Counted from the stretch's first letter, positions 24,877 to 35,066 are shown. The stretch: 64,000 nucleotides of DNA from an uncultured Rikenella sp. (GCA_964635655.1 CAZWOC010000003.1:13751-77750), one strand, 5' to 3'. Numbers and translations: made by a program. Notes: generated by a model not told the origin, from the sequence alone.

Positions 24877-27800
24877 TCATTTTTTTGCAGGGGAGGGGAA
24901 GGGAGGAGGTGTAATCTCCGTTATGTCTTCCTGCTCAAGCAGTTTAAGTGCTTCTCTGACAGCCCTTTCGAGCTGTGGGTCGATTCCTTTTGAGAGGGAG
25001 GCAGCATCCTGGCGTACTTCAATATCCGGAGCCACACCTTCGTTTTCGGCAATCCATTTATTTGCAACCGGATCAAAGACTGCATTGTCGGGGGCCGTAA
25101 TGGTACCTCCGTCAACCATGGCATAATGAACCGATGATTTCACCAGTCCTCCCCAGGTACGGGTGCCGATCAGGGGCCCCGTCTTCTGCTGGCGGAACAC
25201 CCATGGGAAGAAGTCGCCTCCCGAGCCTGACATCTCATTTATGAGGAGAACCTTGGGGCCGGGGATACCTGCAGGCAGGCGGAATGGTCTGCCACCCGGG
25301 ACCTCATTGGTGAGGGCCGCCCTGATACTACGGTTTAGCAGGTCAACCATATAATCGTCAAGCAGGCCGCCTCCGTTGAAACGTTCATCGATCACCGCTC
25401 CCATTTTATCCTGCTGAGCGAAGAAATAGCGATTAAAGGAGACAAATCCGGGGCTGCTGGTGTTTGGGACCCACACATAAGCCAGTTTACCTCCTGAGAG
25501 GCTGTCAACCATGCGGCGGTTATCCTCTACCCATGCTCTCTGGCGCAGTCCTGATTCACTTGCGATCGGTTTGACCACCTCTTTCCATGACCCTTCAAAA
25601 TCAGGGGTCTTGTTGACATGAAGAGTGGTCTGGATATTCTGCGTTCCGTCAAGGTATTGCCATGGGTCATCTGCAGCAGTGAGTTCTTTTCCGTTTATTC
25701 CGACCAGGTAATAGCCTTTTTCGATCATCAGGCCAGGTCTGTCAAGCGGGCTTGAAAGCTCGGGGTTCCAGTTTTCGGTTGTATAGATACGGCTGATTTT
25801 CCAGCGGTTGTTTTCTGCAACCAGGTCAGCTCCAAGCAATCCGGCAGCGGACCTTTCAACCTCGGGGTAGTCACCTCCGCCGACAAAACTGTGGCCTACT
25901 GACAATTCGCCATTCATCTGGTCAAGGACGTAGGTAAGATCAGCCCTGTGCCTTACGTGTGGTATAAGAGGGGCATATTTTTCATAGACTTCATTCCAGT
26001 CCCTGCCATGCATTCCGGGATCGTAGAAATAGTCTTTTTCATATCTCCAGGCCTCCTCAAATATCTGTTTCCACTCCTCTGATCTGTTGAGGAGCATTTT
26101 CAGGTCAATCTTAACTGCCTTGGCGTCGGAACCGGAAGCCGATGAGGTGTTCATTATCTTCCAGTCGCTCCCTGTGCGTGCAAGCATCTTGTTACCGTCG
26201 GCAGAAACGGAAACCTGGCTTGCACCGCTGATGAACTCCTTTGCCTCCCGCTTTTCCAGGGTAAACTTTTTAATAACAAAACCGGGCACTCCCTCTTTGC
26301 TTTCGCCGAGGAACAGGGTGCCTGACGGACCGGTCACCAGCATCCGGTAGTTGCTTCCCGGAACAGGAATGGTAATGGTTCTCCGGCTGATGTCAGCAAA
26401 GTCAATTGTGACAGGCACGGCTCCTTTGCTTTTATCATCTTTACTGTCACTATCCGGTTTCTCTGGTTGTTTTCCCTTAGCCGGTTTCTTAGCCTCCGTT
26501 TCCGGCTTTTGCTCCTCCTTCACACTCTCTTCATCACTGAGAGGTTTGAAAGGTGACGGATCATCCTTTCTGAGGTTGATTACATAGGCAGTATAGTCAG
26601 GATCGGAGGTTATAGCGCTGGTATTCACCCATCCCGAACCAAGTGCCAGGTTGGTGCTTGCGAGGAAGTAAAGATGCTTGCCATCCCTGTCCCATGCCGG
26701 TGAAAATGAGTCGGCAAAAGAGTCGGTGAGAGCATATTTGCTGTCACTCTTCGCTGACCATACCTTTATCTGACGGAAATTGTTTGTTCCTGTTTTAGTG
26801 TATGCCAGCCATTGTGAGTCATGTGACCATGTGAGTCCCATATTTCCCCTTTCGGTGTTTATGCCGGCTGTGTCCACGGTCCTGATAGTCCCTTTTTCAA
26901 CATCCACTATCCTGATTCTCACATCATCATCAGCAAAGGCTATCAGTTTTCCATCTGGAGACCAGACAGGTTCCCATGCCATTTTCGATTCGCCGATTGA
27001 GATTGTTTTTGGATCAGACAATCCGTCCTGGGAAGCTATCAGCAGGTTATACCCTTTTCCTCCGGCATCTGAAAACCAGGCAACTTCATTTCCTTTGGGA
27101 GACCAGAGGGGAGCATGATCGGCAGCACCGGATGAGCGGGTAATATTCCTTGCATCACCCTCCTCTGCCGGTACGGTAAAAATTTCACCACGGGCTTCCA
27201 GGATTATCCTTTTGCCTGTTGGAGAGATTGAGACTGCCCATGCATTTCTTGTTACATCGGTCCATCTGGTTTCAGCCCAGGGGAAATCACCGCTTACCGT
27301 TATGTTCAGTTGCCGTGTTTCTCCCGACTTCAGATTCAGGGTATACAGGTAACCGTCACGTTCATAGGCAAGTATATCGCCATGACCGTCCAGCCATTTG
27401 ATATCTGAGCCTGTCAGCCGGGTGACCTGTTTCAGTATGCCGGTTGCCGGAGTAAAGGACCAGATATTCGAGGTATGATCACGGTCTGAAAGAAAATAAA
27501 CAATGTCATTGAGCCACAGGGGCTGAATATCTATTGTTGACTCATTCGGAAGGAGTGTTTCACCCTGGTTTTCAAGGTTCAGTATCACGAGCGGGGTATT
27601 CTGTCCTCCGCGATAATTCCGCCATTCCACATCCCAGCGCTGGACCCTGTCAATAATGACCTGGCTGCCGTCAGGGGAAAAGGAGCCGTCTGTTGCCCAC
27701 TGCTTTGTCAGGATGATTGAAGGTCCGCCGTCAACGGATACAGTCCACAGGTTGGCAAAGGAGGTAGGGGCATTGTCGCGGGGCGTGGCATAGAGAATCC

Positions 27801-28224
27801 TTTTACCGTCAGGAGACCATCCGCGGACGATGGCAGGTGCCGGATGCCAGGTAAGCCTCCTGGGTGTCCCTCCCTCGGTTGAAACAATATAGACAGCCTG
27901 GTTGCCTGATCTGTTTGAGTTAAAGGCAATCCATTTACCATCAGGCGAAAAGTGAGGATTTCCTTCCACTGCCGGTGTGCTGGTAATACGGTCCGTATTT
28001 CTGCCGTCAAGATCTGCGATCCATATGTCACCTCCGTATGAGAAGGTAACGTGTGTGTCAGTTATGGAAGGCTGGCGAAGCAGCCTGGTACCCTGAGAGT
28101 GTAGCGCGGAGGTGCATAACATGAGACTGAGGATCAACAGTTTCACGGGGATGCGTGTCCAGGGGGCCTGGAATCTGCCACAGGGTATGGCAGTGTTTCT
28201 ACGGAAGGTGTTTACAAAATTCAT
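24877..28224 (-). CDS. tricorn protease homolog (S41 family) with TolB-like beta-propellers, PDZ and a C-terminal peptidase domain
   Basis: N-terminus LLRQPSITDTHVTFSYGGDIWIADLDG...HFSPDGKWIAFNSNRSGNQAVYIV...GGTPRRLTWH is the classic tricorn/TolB propeller pattern. The C-terminal part carries an S41-like region (...LINEMSGSGGDFFPWVF...). Confidence 0.85.
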   Translation of the reverse strand: MNFVNTFRRNTAIPCGRFQAPWTRIPVKLLILSLMLCTSALHSQGTRLLRQPSITDTHVTFSYGGDIWIADLDGRNTDRITSTPAVEGNPHFSPDGKWIAFNSNRSGNQAVYIVSTEGGTPRRLTWHPAPAIVRGWSPDGKRILYATPRDNAPTSFANLWTVSVDGGPSIILTKQWATDGSFSPDGSQVIIDRVQRWDVEWRNYRGGQNTPLVILNLENQGETLLPNESTIDIQPLWLNDIVYFLSDRDHTSNIWSFTPATGILKQVTRLTGSDIKWLDGHGDILAYERDGYLYTLNLKSGETRQLNITVSGDFPWAETRWTDVTRNAWAVSISPTGKRIILEARGEIFTVPAEEGDARNITRSSGAADHAPLWSPKGNEVAWFSDAGGKGYNLLIASQDGLSDPKTISIGESKMAWEPVWSPDGKLIAFADDDVRIRIVDVEKGTIRTVDTAGINTERGNMGLTWSHDSQWLAYTKTGTNNFRQIKVWSAKSDSKYALTDSFADSFSPAWDRDGKHLYFLASTNLALGSGWVNTSAITSDPDYTAYVINLRKDDPSPFKPLSDEESVKEEQKPETEAKKPAKGKQPEKPDSDSKDDKSKGAVPVTIDFADISRRTITIPVPGSNYRMLVTGPSGTLFLGESKEGVPGFVIKKFTLEKREAKEFISGASQVSVSADGNKMLARTGSDWKIMNTSSASGSDAKAVKIDLKMLLNRSEEWKQIFEEAWRYEKDYFYDPGMHGRDWNEVYEKYAPLIPHVRHRADLTYVLDQMNGELSVGHSFVGGGDYPEVERSAAGLLGADLVAENNRWKISRIYTTENWNPELSSPLDRPGLMIEKGYYLVGINGKELTAADDPWQYLDGTQNIQTTLHVNKTPDFEGSWKEVVKPIASESGLRQRAWVEDNRRMVDSLSGGKLAYVWVPNTSSPGFVSFNRYFFAQQDKMGAVIDERFNGGGLLDDYMVDLLNRSIRAALTNEVPGGRPFRLPAGIPGPKVLLINEMSGSGGDFFPWVFRQQKTGPLIGTRTWGGLVKSSVHYAMVDGGTITAPDNAVFDPVANKWIAENEGVAPDIEVRQDAASLSKGIDPQLERAVREALKLLEQEDITEITPPPFPSPAKK

Positions 28225-28312
28225 GTTTACAGGATTTGTTGACAGATAAAGTCTGATTGGCGGGGTCTGAAGTTAAAATCAATCATCAGATCCCCGATAA
28301 GCAATTTTTAGT

Positions 28313-28450
28313 TTAAAGACAGATATATTGACAGTGTGCTGCACTTTTTGCAGAAAAGTGTCCGGCAAGGACTTCATCAAGTGTCTGTGACACCAGTGAG
28401 CCTCCTGTAACCAGTAACAGGGCTACATTTATTAAAAGGAACTTTTTCAT
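28313..28450 (-). CDS. hypothetical 45-aa small secreted peptide (below the ORF-track cutoff)
   Basis: Translated by hand: MKKFLLINVALLLVTGGSLVSQTLDEVLAGHFSAKSAAHCQYICL*. It has a signal-like N-terminus and a C-terminal CxxxC. It lies 88 nt upstream of the tricorn-like gene and divergent from the CPBP gene. I have no homology evidence. Confidence 0.2.
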   Translation of the reverse strand: MKKFLLINVALLLVTGGSLVSQTLDEVLAGHFSAKSAAHCQYICL

Positions 28451-28518
28451 CTTTTCTATGGATTAGTTGATTTGATGAAACAATTTAACCATTTTAGGGG
28501 AATGACGTATCTTGTGAC

Positions 28519-28526
28519 TAATTTTG
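28519..28526 (+). promoter_or_regulatory. Bacteroidota -7 promoter box TAATTTTG
   Basis: Exact TAnnTTTG match, 80 nt upstream of the CPBP gene ATG. This is a rather long leader, hence the modest confidence. Confidence 0.3.
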
Positions 28527-28606
28527 AATTACTTCGGATGGCTGGCAGAAGGTCTCTCTGCTATCAGCATTCAGGTAATGTCTGATAAACTTAAACAGAG
28601 AGCCCG

Positions 28607-29374
28607 ATGTCCCTCTTTCCCGAACCAGTCTCAAATACAATGCAGATATCGGTATTTTCAGTACTGCCTGTGATTCTGACAGTTGTTTTCTATTCCCTTT
28701 ATTGGCTTGTGAAAAGCTCCGGGAAGCTGAAGGAAATGATTTACAACCGGTACGAACCCATTCGTGCGAATGTCATTCATGTGGTTCTCAAGAGGTCAAC
28801 CGGTTTTTTTCTGCTCGGGGTTGTGCCGGTTGCCCTGACCGTTACGCTAAGAAGCGGTTATTCCCTTGCAGATGCGGGTCTTGTATTCAGGACGGAGACA
28901 GCCGGCTTCTCAGTTATAAGCGTAATATTGATGTCGTCGCTTATCATACCGGTCATATCATTCAGTACAAGAAAGCCCTTGACATATTCTGTTTATCCGG
29001 AAATAAGGGTCACAAGCTGGACCGGAAAGTATCTTTTTGCCGAGTTATTTACATGGGCGCTTTATCTTCTGGGTTACGAGGCATTGTTCAGAGGAGTTCT
29101 TCTCTTCGGTCTTGCACAGTCGCTGGGGCCGGTCGCTGCAATAACAATCAGTGTCATTATTTACTCGGCAGCACATCTGCCCAAAAGCAGGACAGAGACG
29201 CTGGCGGCAATACCGTTCGGGCTGGTTCTCTGCCTGCTGACCCTATATTCCGGATCCATCTGGATTGCATTTTTTGCACACCTTGTTAATGCTTTTGCAA
29301 TGACACTGACAGCCATAAAATTCAATCCTGCCATGAATTTTGCCAAATCGGGAGAGAGAACCTCAATCGTCTGA
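28607..29374 (+). CDS. CPBP family intramembrane glutamic endopeptidase (CAAX protease / Abi-like)
   Basis: Polytopic membrane protein. Family motifs YEALFRGVLLFG (E-xxx-R), SAAHLP and FFAHLVNAF. Confidence 0.8.
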   Translation: MSLFPEPVSNTMQISVFSVLPVILTVVFYSLYWLVKSSGKLKEMIYNRYEPIRANVIHVVLKRSTGFFLLGVVPVALTVTLRSGYSLADAGLVFRTETAGFSVISVILMSSLIIPVISFSTRKPLTYSVYPEIRVTSWTGKYLFAELFTWALYLLGYEALFRGVLLFGLAQSLGPVAAITISVIIYSAAHLPKSRTETLAAIPFGLVLCLLTLYSGSIWIAFFAHLVNAFAMTLTAIKFNPAMNFAKSGERTSIV

Positions 29375-29471
29375 GGGAAGAGGTTGTGATAACAGAACAG
29401 TAAGCCTGTCAGGGTAAATTCCACCTGGAGTCAGCCGGGAGAAACCCGGAGATAATCAGAACGTGGTCATT

Positions 29472-29508
29472 GGAAAGAACAAAAGCCGGCTTGTATCAGT
29501 CCGGCTTT
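29472..29508 (-). terminator. rho-independent terminator after the Kelch-like lipoprotein gene
   Basis: Stem aaagccgg / ccggcttt. On the minus strand it is followed by TTTTGTTCTTTCC. Confidence 0.55.
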
Positions 29509-29551
29509 GATAATCAGGGTAAATACGGTCACTCCGTGGTGCAATGCATTC

Positions 29552-31162
29552 CTACTTATCAAAATTCAGAGTGAAAGTCCATATTTCTTTCCCCTCCACT
29601 TCTGAGACAAAGTAGGCGATGTCTCCTGCCATACCTCCTGCAACAGGGTAGGTGAAAGGAGCCAAAACTCCCAGCTGAGACCATGTGTCAGTAGCCTGAT
29701 CCCATTCCCAAACGGCTTGGTTCTCGTACCACTCATACTCTGATAGATCTCCGGATCCCACAAAACCTTTATTGCCTGTTGAGAGGCCGGTCGGCCATCC
29801 CCTGGTTTCTCCCGGCAGGTCAGCTTTCCTGATCCAACTGTCAGTGTTCTGGTCATATTCCCATAATTCTGATCTGTTCATACCAGATGTTAATGGTTCC
29901 TTCCCGGCGCAAACATAACCGCTCGTACCTATCACGAAGGTGGAAGGATATAAGTGACCTGTACCCGGATAATCAGCTTTGCGGGTCCATTTATCTGTTT
30001 CCCGGTTCCATTCCCAGAGATCAGTAAGAGAAACATTTTGATTCCCTTCTTCATTTAAGCTCTGCCCCATCCCTATGTATCCGCGTGATCCGATTGAGAA
30101 CATGACCGGATTAATTCTCACTGCAGCAGAAGGGAAATCAGATTTACGTGACCATTTATCAAGAGTCGGGTCATATTCCCAGAATTCCCTGACATAATTG
30201 CCTTCACTGTCATGGAGACCGTTTGTAATCACGTAGCCTTTTCCCCCGATGGCAAAGCTGACAGGATCAGACTGGTTGCCGGGGAAATCTGCCCGTTTCG
30301 TCCAGTTGTTTGTCTCCTCTTCCCATTCCCAGAGAGCACCGTCCGGATTCATTTCCCACTCGCCGTACCATCCCAGCCCCACGTACACCCTTCCGTTAAG
30401 TGAAAAGTGGAGAGAATGATTATATGAGTCAGAAGGTAATTCACTTCTCTTTGTTCCGAGCACTGCCAATGTCCGGATACTCATTTCCGGGCCATAAGCA
30501 ATGCCTGCCGTGTTAATTGCATAGGCCCTGAGAAAGTATCTCTCTCCGGGTTGCAATCCCTGTATCAGCAGAGTGAAAATTCCGGTACCCGGACTTTTCC
30601 GGTCATGACTTGCGGCCAGTTTGAAGTTGTCAACTGTGGGGGCAGGTTCGGTATTCCAGCAGATACCCCGTTCGATGATTTCTCCTGCACCTATATCCGT
30701 GATATCACCACCGGAAACGAAAGAATCGAAAGACCTCCCTGCAGGAGCAACTGTTACCACAGTTGCCGCATTGGCTTCTTGAGGCGTCCTGATCAACAGG
30801 GCATCGCCAAAGTAGGTGCCATTAATGCCGGCAGCAAATATGCGGACATAATATTCTGTGTCGGGCAGCAGTCCGGTGACACGCAGGTTAAAAGAACCTG
30901 TTCCTGTTCCTGCTGCAAGCCTTCCGTCACCTTCCGAAGGCATTGGATTCGTGCTCCAGGAAAAACCATACGTATTGACAGGAACATTGCCTTCAGTAAC
31001 GACCACCCCCCTGAGAAGAACGCTGCTCACAGTAAGCTCCAGTACTACCGGGTCACCTAACAGCGGAATCGCTGATACTTCAGGTTCTTTTCTGCAACTG
31101 CTCAGCAGTGTCAGGGCTGAGGCCAGAAGAACCGTCCAGTACAATGGAAAATGTTTTTTCAT
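29552..31162 (-). CDS. lipoprotein with N-terminal Ig/FN3-like modules and a C-terminal Kelch-like beta-propeller
   Basis: The ATG at 31162 (MKKHFPLYWTVLLASALTLLSSC, lipobox) is preferred over the TTG at 31171. Five repeats of the WEW/WEY...W.RK.DFPG blade signature (WEWEEETNNWTKRADFPG, WEYDPTLDKWSRKSDFP, WEWNRETDKWTRKADYPG, WEYDQNTDSWIRKADLPG, WEWDQATDTWSQL). Confidence 0.65.
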   Translation of the reverse strand: MKKHFPLYWTVLLASALTLLSSCRKEPEVSAIPLLGDPVVLELTVSSVLLRGVVVTEGNVPVNTYGFSWSTNPMPSEGDGRLAAGTGTGSFNLRVTGLLPDTEYYVRIFAAGINGTYFGDALLIRTPQEANAATVVTVAPAGRSFDSFVSGGDITDIGAGEIIERGICWNTEPAPTVDNFKLAASHDRKSPGTGIFTLLIQGLQPGERYFLRAYAINTAGIAYGPEMSIRTLAVLGTKRSELPSDSYNHSLHFSLNGRVYVGLGWYGEWEMNPDGALWEWEEETNNWTKRADFPGNQSDPVSFAIGGKGYVITNGLHDSEGNYVREFWEYDPTLDKWSRKSDFPSAAVRINPVMFSIGSRGYIGMGQSLNEEGNQNVSLTDLWEWNRETDKWTRKADYPGTGHLYPSTFVIGTSGYVCAGKEPLTSGMNRSELWEYDQNTDSWIRKADLPGETRGWPTGLSTGNKGFVGSGDLSEYEWYENQAVWEWDQATDTWSQLGVLAPFTYPVAGGMAGDIAYFVSEVEGKEIWTFTLNFDK

Positions 31163-31400
31163 CACACACAATGATTTAGATTTGTTAACTTTATTATTTC
31201 ATTTTGCATTGTAATTATGAAGTCGGCAAATATGCCTGGAGTTTTGAATAATAACAAATTAACTCCAAAAGAGTTTATTGGAATAAGCAAGAGACCTAAA
31301 AATGAATAGCCTTGTTTAATGAGCCATTAACAAAAGACTAAATAAATAAAAATTCAAAAGAAGCGGGTAAATTTCGAGGACCCTTCTCAGGGCTGTCAGG

Positions 31401-31925
31401 TCATGATTGCCTGACAAGGCACCTTACTATCTCAGCGATATACATTTTGTGGAGGCCGCCCCTCGCACCGTAATGTGTTTTCAGCGGAATACTGTCCAGA
31501 AATGCCTCCCCGGTAAGCTGGCTGACGTACAGTTTGCGGCACTCGATAACTATCCTTGCTTCGGCAAATGACGGCAGGCCTGAACTGGTAAAGAATGGCG
31601 TCAATCGGGCTTCTGCCACTTTGTTGCAGTCCCTGCCACTCCTGGTGCCGCACAGGTTAAGAGCATCACGGTACTTCTCCGCGAAAAATGACAGTGTGAA
31701 TCCGTCATTGCTCTCAATGAACTCATATGTATACCGTTCCGGACGGACAAAAACAAATACCACGTTTTTGTTCCACAGGTAGCCCATCCCTCCCCAACTG
31801 GCAGTCATTGTGTTGAACTTCTCCCTTGTGCCTGCAGTCACAAGCATCCAGTCTGATGCGATGAGCCGGATAAGATTGTCTGTAAGCTTTGAAGGATCAG
31901 TCTGTGTGAGATTCAGTTTATCCAT
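31401..31925 (-). CDS. flavin reductase family protein (FMN-binding split barrel)
   Basis: From the ATG at 31925: MDKLNLTQ...DWMLVTAG...FNTMTASWGGMGYLW, typical of the family. The track's longer ORF (to 32045) would overlap the OsmC gene. Confidence 0.7.
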   Translation of the reverse strand: MDKLNLTQTDPSKLTDNLIRLIASDWMLVTAGTREKFNTMTASWGGMGYLWNKNVVFVFVRPERYTYEFIESNDGFTLSFFAEKYRDALNLCGTRSGRDCNKVAEARLTPFFTSSGLPSFAEARIVIECRKLYVSQLTGEAFLDSIPLKTHYGARGGLHKMYIAEIVRCLVRQS

Positions 31926-32041
31926 ATGAGTGTAATATGCCTGTAAAGATAAGTGGTGGTGAAGTAAAGGCCAACCGGCACAAGCAACTAATATACAGGT
32001 CTCCGGCAGGGAGCCTGCAAAATTACTTCCGTTTTCCGGTG

Positions 32042-32446
32042 TCACCGTTCGGTCCGGGAGGAAACAACCTCAAACGCTGGGATGGAGTTGATTGTTTTTT
32101 TGACCAGGCACAGCTCAGCCGCGTTGACTACAGCTGCCCGGTACTTTTCGGGAAAATCTGCTGGCAGTCTTATTTCAAGCCTGAAGCATGAGGGCACCTT
32201 TTTATCGGGGTCAAATTCCATTGACTGGATGATCCTGATCCCCTCGGCAGGAATACCCCGCTGGTCGCAGAATGTTTTGACATATATACCGGCGCAAGTC
32301 CCTATCGATGCCTGGAAAAGCTCAAAGGGCTCAGGAGCGGCACCTCCTCCGCCGTTCTTTACCGACTGGTCGGTTTTAATAATTTTGCCGTTTATGTGGG
32401 CTGAGACGATCTTACCTCCGTCAAGGGTGATTTCAACACTGGACAT
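32042..32446 (-). CDS. OsmC/Ohr family redox protein
   Basis: 134 aa. GGGGAAPEPFELFQASIGTCAGIYV and ...AAELCLVKKTI contain the two conserved Cys regions of OsmC-like proteins. Confidence 0.75.
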   Translation of the reverse strand: MSSVEITLDGGKIVSAHINGKIIKTDQSVKNGGGGAAPEPFELFQASIGTCAGIYVKTFCDQRGIPAEGIRIIQSMEFDPDKKVPSCFRLEIRLPADFPEKYRAAVVNAAELCLVKKTINSIPAFEVVSSRTER

Positions 32447-32481
32447 ATCTGGTTTTTTACGGTTTTTAGTATCTGACGAAC

Positions 32482-33099
32482 CTATCTGCGCACTGCAGTC
32501 ATGAGGAAAACGTCAAACTTTTTCCTGTCATTGTCCGGAGTGATTCTGTCTATTGAATAAACAGTTTCAGTATCCAAATTGCCGAACCCGTTCCTCTCAA
32601 GCAGTTTTGCGAACTCTCCGGTATCGAATCCTCTGTGGCCCGTAAATCCATGCCCGTGAAAGGATCCATCCTCGGCATAAAGGTCTGCTATGGCCAGCCA
32701 GCCGCCGGGTCTGAGCATGGCGCTGAATTTCCTTAGGATCAATTCAACATCATTGACATGGTGCATTACCATCAGTGTACAGATCAGGTCGAATTTCTCA
32801 CCCGTATAGTCCTCTTTTTCGAGATCTGCCATCAGCACTTTAAGGCCGGGCGAGCCGGATTCCTCAATTTTTTGCCGGAGCACACCGACCATCCCTTCAG
32901 AATTATCAATCATCGTAATGCTTCCAACATGGTCTTTCAGCAAGAAGCTTAGCAGGCCTGTTCCGGCGCCGTACTCCATAACAGACATTTGTCTGCCGGG
33001 GGAAATTCTTTTCATGATGGCGCCGGCCACCGCTTCCGCACGTTCGCGGTGCATCCGGTTTTTGTCCCACTCACCAGCCTTGATATCAAATTCACTCAT
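32482..33099 (-). CDS. class I SAM-dependent methyltransferase
   Basis: SAM-binding motif VMEYGAGTGLLSFLL. The start is taken at the ATG at 33099 (MSEFDIKAGEWD...). Confidence 0.8.
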   Translation of the reverse strand: MSEFDIKAGEWDKNRMHRERAEAVAGAIMKRISPGRQMSVMEYGAGTGLLSFLLKDHVGSITMIDNSEGMVGVLRQKIEESGSPGLKVLMADLEKEDYTGEKFDLICTLMVMHHVNDVELILRKFSAMLRPGGWLAIADLYAEDGSFHGHGFTGHRGFDTGEFAKLLERNGFGNLDTETVYSIDRITPDNDRKKFDVFLMTAVRR

Positions 33100-33231
33100 C
33101 CTCTTCAGTTCTGTTGTAAAGATTGCTAAATTAGTACAATTACCTGTCATGGAGAACATTCAGGTTCCGATACATTCTTAGATCAGCGTTATTACGGCAT
33201 ACAATGCCGGTTTAAGGATTATTAAATTAGC

Positions 33232-33239
33232 TATCTTTG
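33232..33239 (+). promoter_or_regulatory. Bacteroidota -7 promoter box TATCTTTG
   Basis: Exact TAnnTTTG match, 22 nt upstream of the ATG at 33261. It overlaps the track's TTG start at 33237, which argues for the later start. Confidence 0.5.
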
Positions 33240-33260
33240 CAGACTGCAATACTTTTTTTT

Positions 33261-33935
33261 ATGAACAGGTCGAAAAATACAGGACTGATCGAGATTGCTC
33301 TCTCTGCAGCTCTTGCGGTATCAATTTTCTACGGGATAGGAGTCAGATACATCGAAGGGGCGGATGCGTTCAGACATTATGTAAGGGAGGAGGGTCTGGC
33401 AGAATATGCCACTGCAATCTTCCTGTTTGCCGGAAGTATAATCGCCTTTTGCAGGGCTTTCACCTGCTGCAGGGGCAAGCGGCGTCTGCCTGTTCTGACA
33501 TGGTCGGCGCTGGCCATCCTCTTCTTTTTTGCAGCCGGTGAAGAGATCAGCTGGGGCCAGCGGATATTCAGCGTAGAGAGCGGTGAGTTTTTCCTCAGGT
33601 ACAATAAACAGGAAGAAACAAATCTGCATAACCTGGTCGTCGGGGGTCAGGACCTGAACATGATAATCTTTTCCAGGATGATCATTTTTGCACTGCTCTT
33701 CTACTTTGTAATCTTACCATTGTTGGTCAGGAAACCCGGATTCTTCCGCAACCTTGTCGTAGCAACAGGCCTGCCGCTGCCTACTCTGAGGCATATTATA
33801 ATTATGGCAGTTTCGACGGCGCTGATTGCCGTCATTAACCTTTCCAAGGGAAGCGAACTGAACGAGCTTGCTTTTGCAGTGGTCTTCTTCCTGATATTTC
33901 TGAATCCCCGTACAATCAGCAGGGATCAGTTTTAA
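33261..33935 (+). CDS. hypothetical polytopic membrane protein
   Basis: About 6 hydrophobic segments and an AAGEEISWGQRIF motif. I do not recognise the family. Confidence 0.5.
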   Translation: MNRSKNTGLIEIALSAALAVSIFYGIGVRYIEGADAFRHYVREEGLAEYATAIFLFAGSIIAFCRAFTCCRGKRRLPVLTWSALAILFFFAAGEEISWGQRIFSVESGEFFLRYNKQEETNLHNLVVGGQDLNMIIFSRMIIFALLFYFVILPLLVRKPGFFRNLVVATGLPLPTLRHIIIMAVSTALIAVINLSKGSELNELAFAVVFFLIFLNPRTISRDQF

Positions 33936-33974
33936 AGAACCTGTGTTGGCAATGACCCGTGGAATCCCTGCGGC

Positions 33975-35036
33975 TTATTCCTCTTTTCCGGTTATCTCAG
34001 TGGCCTTACCAGCAACCGGTACCCGTGCCTCACGCCTTGCTATCAGCCTGGATTCCAGGATAGAATAAAGAATTGACACGGCAAGAGTGCCTAGGATCAC
34101 CGTCAATGACACCCATGAGTGTTTTGCAAAGAACATACTGACAGATTCGATACCACTGAGGAGCATTTTTGCACCTACGAAGAAAAGGATGAAACAGATT
34201 CCTGTCTTGAGATGCCGGAAAAGTTTCATTATGCCCTTAAGGGCGAAGAAAAGCGAGATGAGACCCATCAGGGCAAACGTGTTGGAGGAGATTGCAAGGA
34301 AGTTGCTCTCATACAATGTAAGTGCCTGGTTTCCCTCGCGGATAACCCCTATCACAGCCGGAACAGAGTCGACGGCAAACATCACATCGGTGGAACCGAT
34401 AAGCAGGAATGTCAGGGCAAACGGGGTAATTGCAAATTTCCCGTTAATCCGTGAATGAAATTTCGGCTCTTTATTGTTGACGTCAACCTGGAACAGTTTT
34501 TTCGCCGTACGGATAAGTGTATTCTTTTCCGGATCGATTGTCTCCTCCTCATCCTGATTCTTCATCATCTTGAATGTCATATATATAAGGAACGCTCCGA
34601 AAAGATATATCAGCCATTCGAACCGGTTTATCAGACCCATACCGACAAGGATAAAAAGGGTCCTGAAGAATATAGAGAGAAGGATTCCATATTTAAGCAG
34701 GATTGGCTGTGTCTCACCAGGTACCTTCATCATTGTAAATATCATGATGAAGACGAAGAGGTTATCGATCGAGAGCATATATTCAGTCAGATAGGCTGAA
34801 TAAAATTTCATACCCATCATGCTCCTCGTATTTATGGTGCTTACTTCATTCTGCGGATAGAAAAGCGAAATGGCTAATCCGAACAGGAATGCCACAGCAA
34901 TCCAGAAACCGGTCCATTTAAGTGCTGTTGCAACACTTTCTTCCGTGTGTCTGTGTTTGGCAGCACGCATGTCGATTACAAATCCTACTATGAAGATGAG
35001 GATGAAAGCAATCCAGAAATATAATTCAGGGTTCAT
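33975..35036 (-). CDS. TerC/Alx family integral membrane protein
   Basis: Characteristic TerC blocks: YLTEYMLSIDNLFVF and LIGSTDVMFAVDSVPAVIGV. Confidence 0.85.
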   Translation of the reverse strand: MNPELYFWIAFILIFIVGFVIDMRAAKHRHTEESVATALKWTGFWIAVAFLFGLAISLFYPQNEVSTINTRSMMGMKFYSAYLTEYMLSIDNLFVFIMIFTMMKVPGETQPILLKYGILLSIFFRTLFILVGMGLINRFEWLIYLFGAFLIYMTFKMMKNQDEEETIDPEKNTLIRTAKKLFQVDVNNKEPKFHSRINGKFAITPFALTFLLIGSTDVMFAVDSVPAVIGVIREGNQALTLYESNFLAISSNTFALMGLISLFFALKGIMKLFRHLKTGICFILFFVGAKMLLSGIESVSMFFAKHSWVSLTVILGTLAVSILYSILESRLIARREARVPVAGKATEITGKEE

Positions 35037-35058
35037 GTCAATTATTTATATGAGGGTG

Positions 35059-35066
35059 CAAAAATA
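35059..35066 (-). promoter_or_regulatory. Bacteroidota -7 promoter box TATTTTTG (minus strand) for the TerC gene
   Basis: Forward caaaaata is TATTTTTG on the minus strand, 22 nt upstream of the ATG at 35036. Confidence 0.5.

Noticed and set aside
28702-29289. 195-aa alternative-frame ORF inside the CPBP gene
   Set aside because: It has an Arg/Cys/Ser-rich implausible composition. The overlapping frame carries clear CPBP motifs and TM helices.
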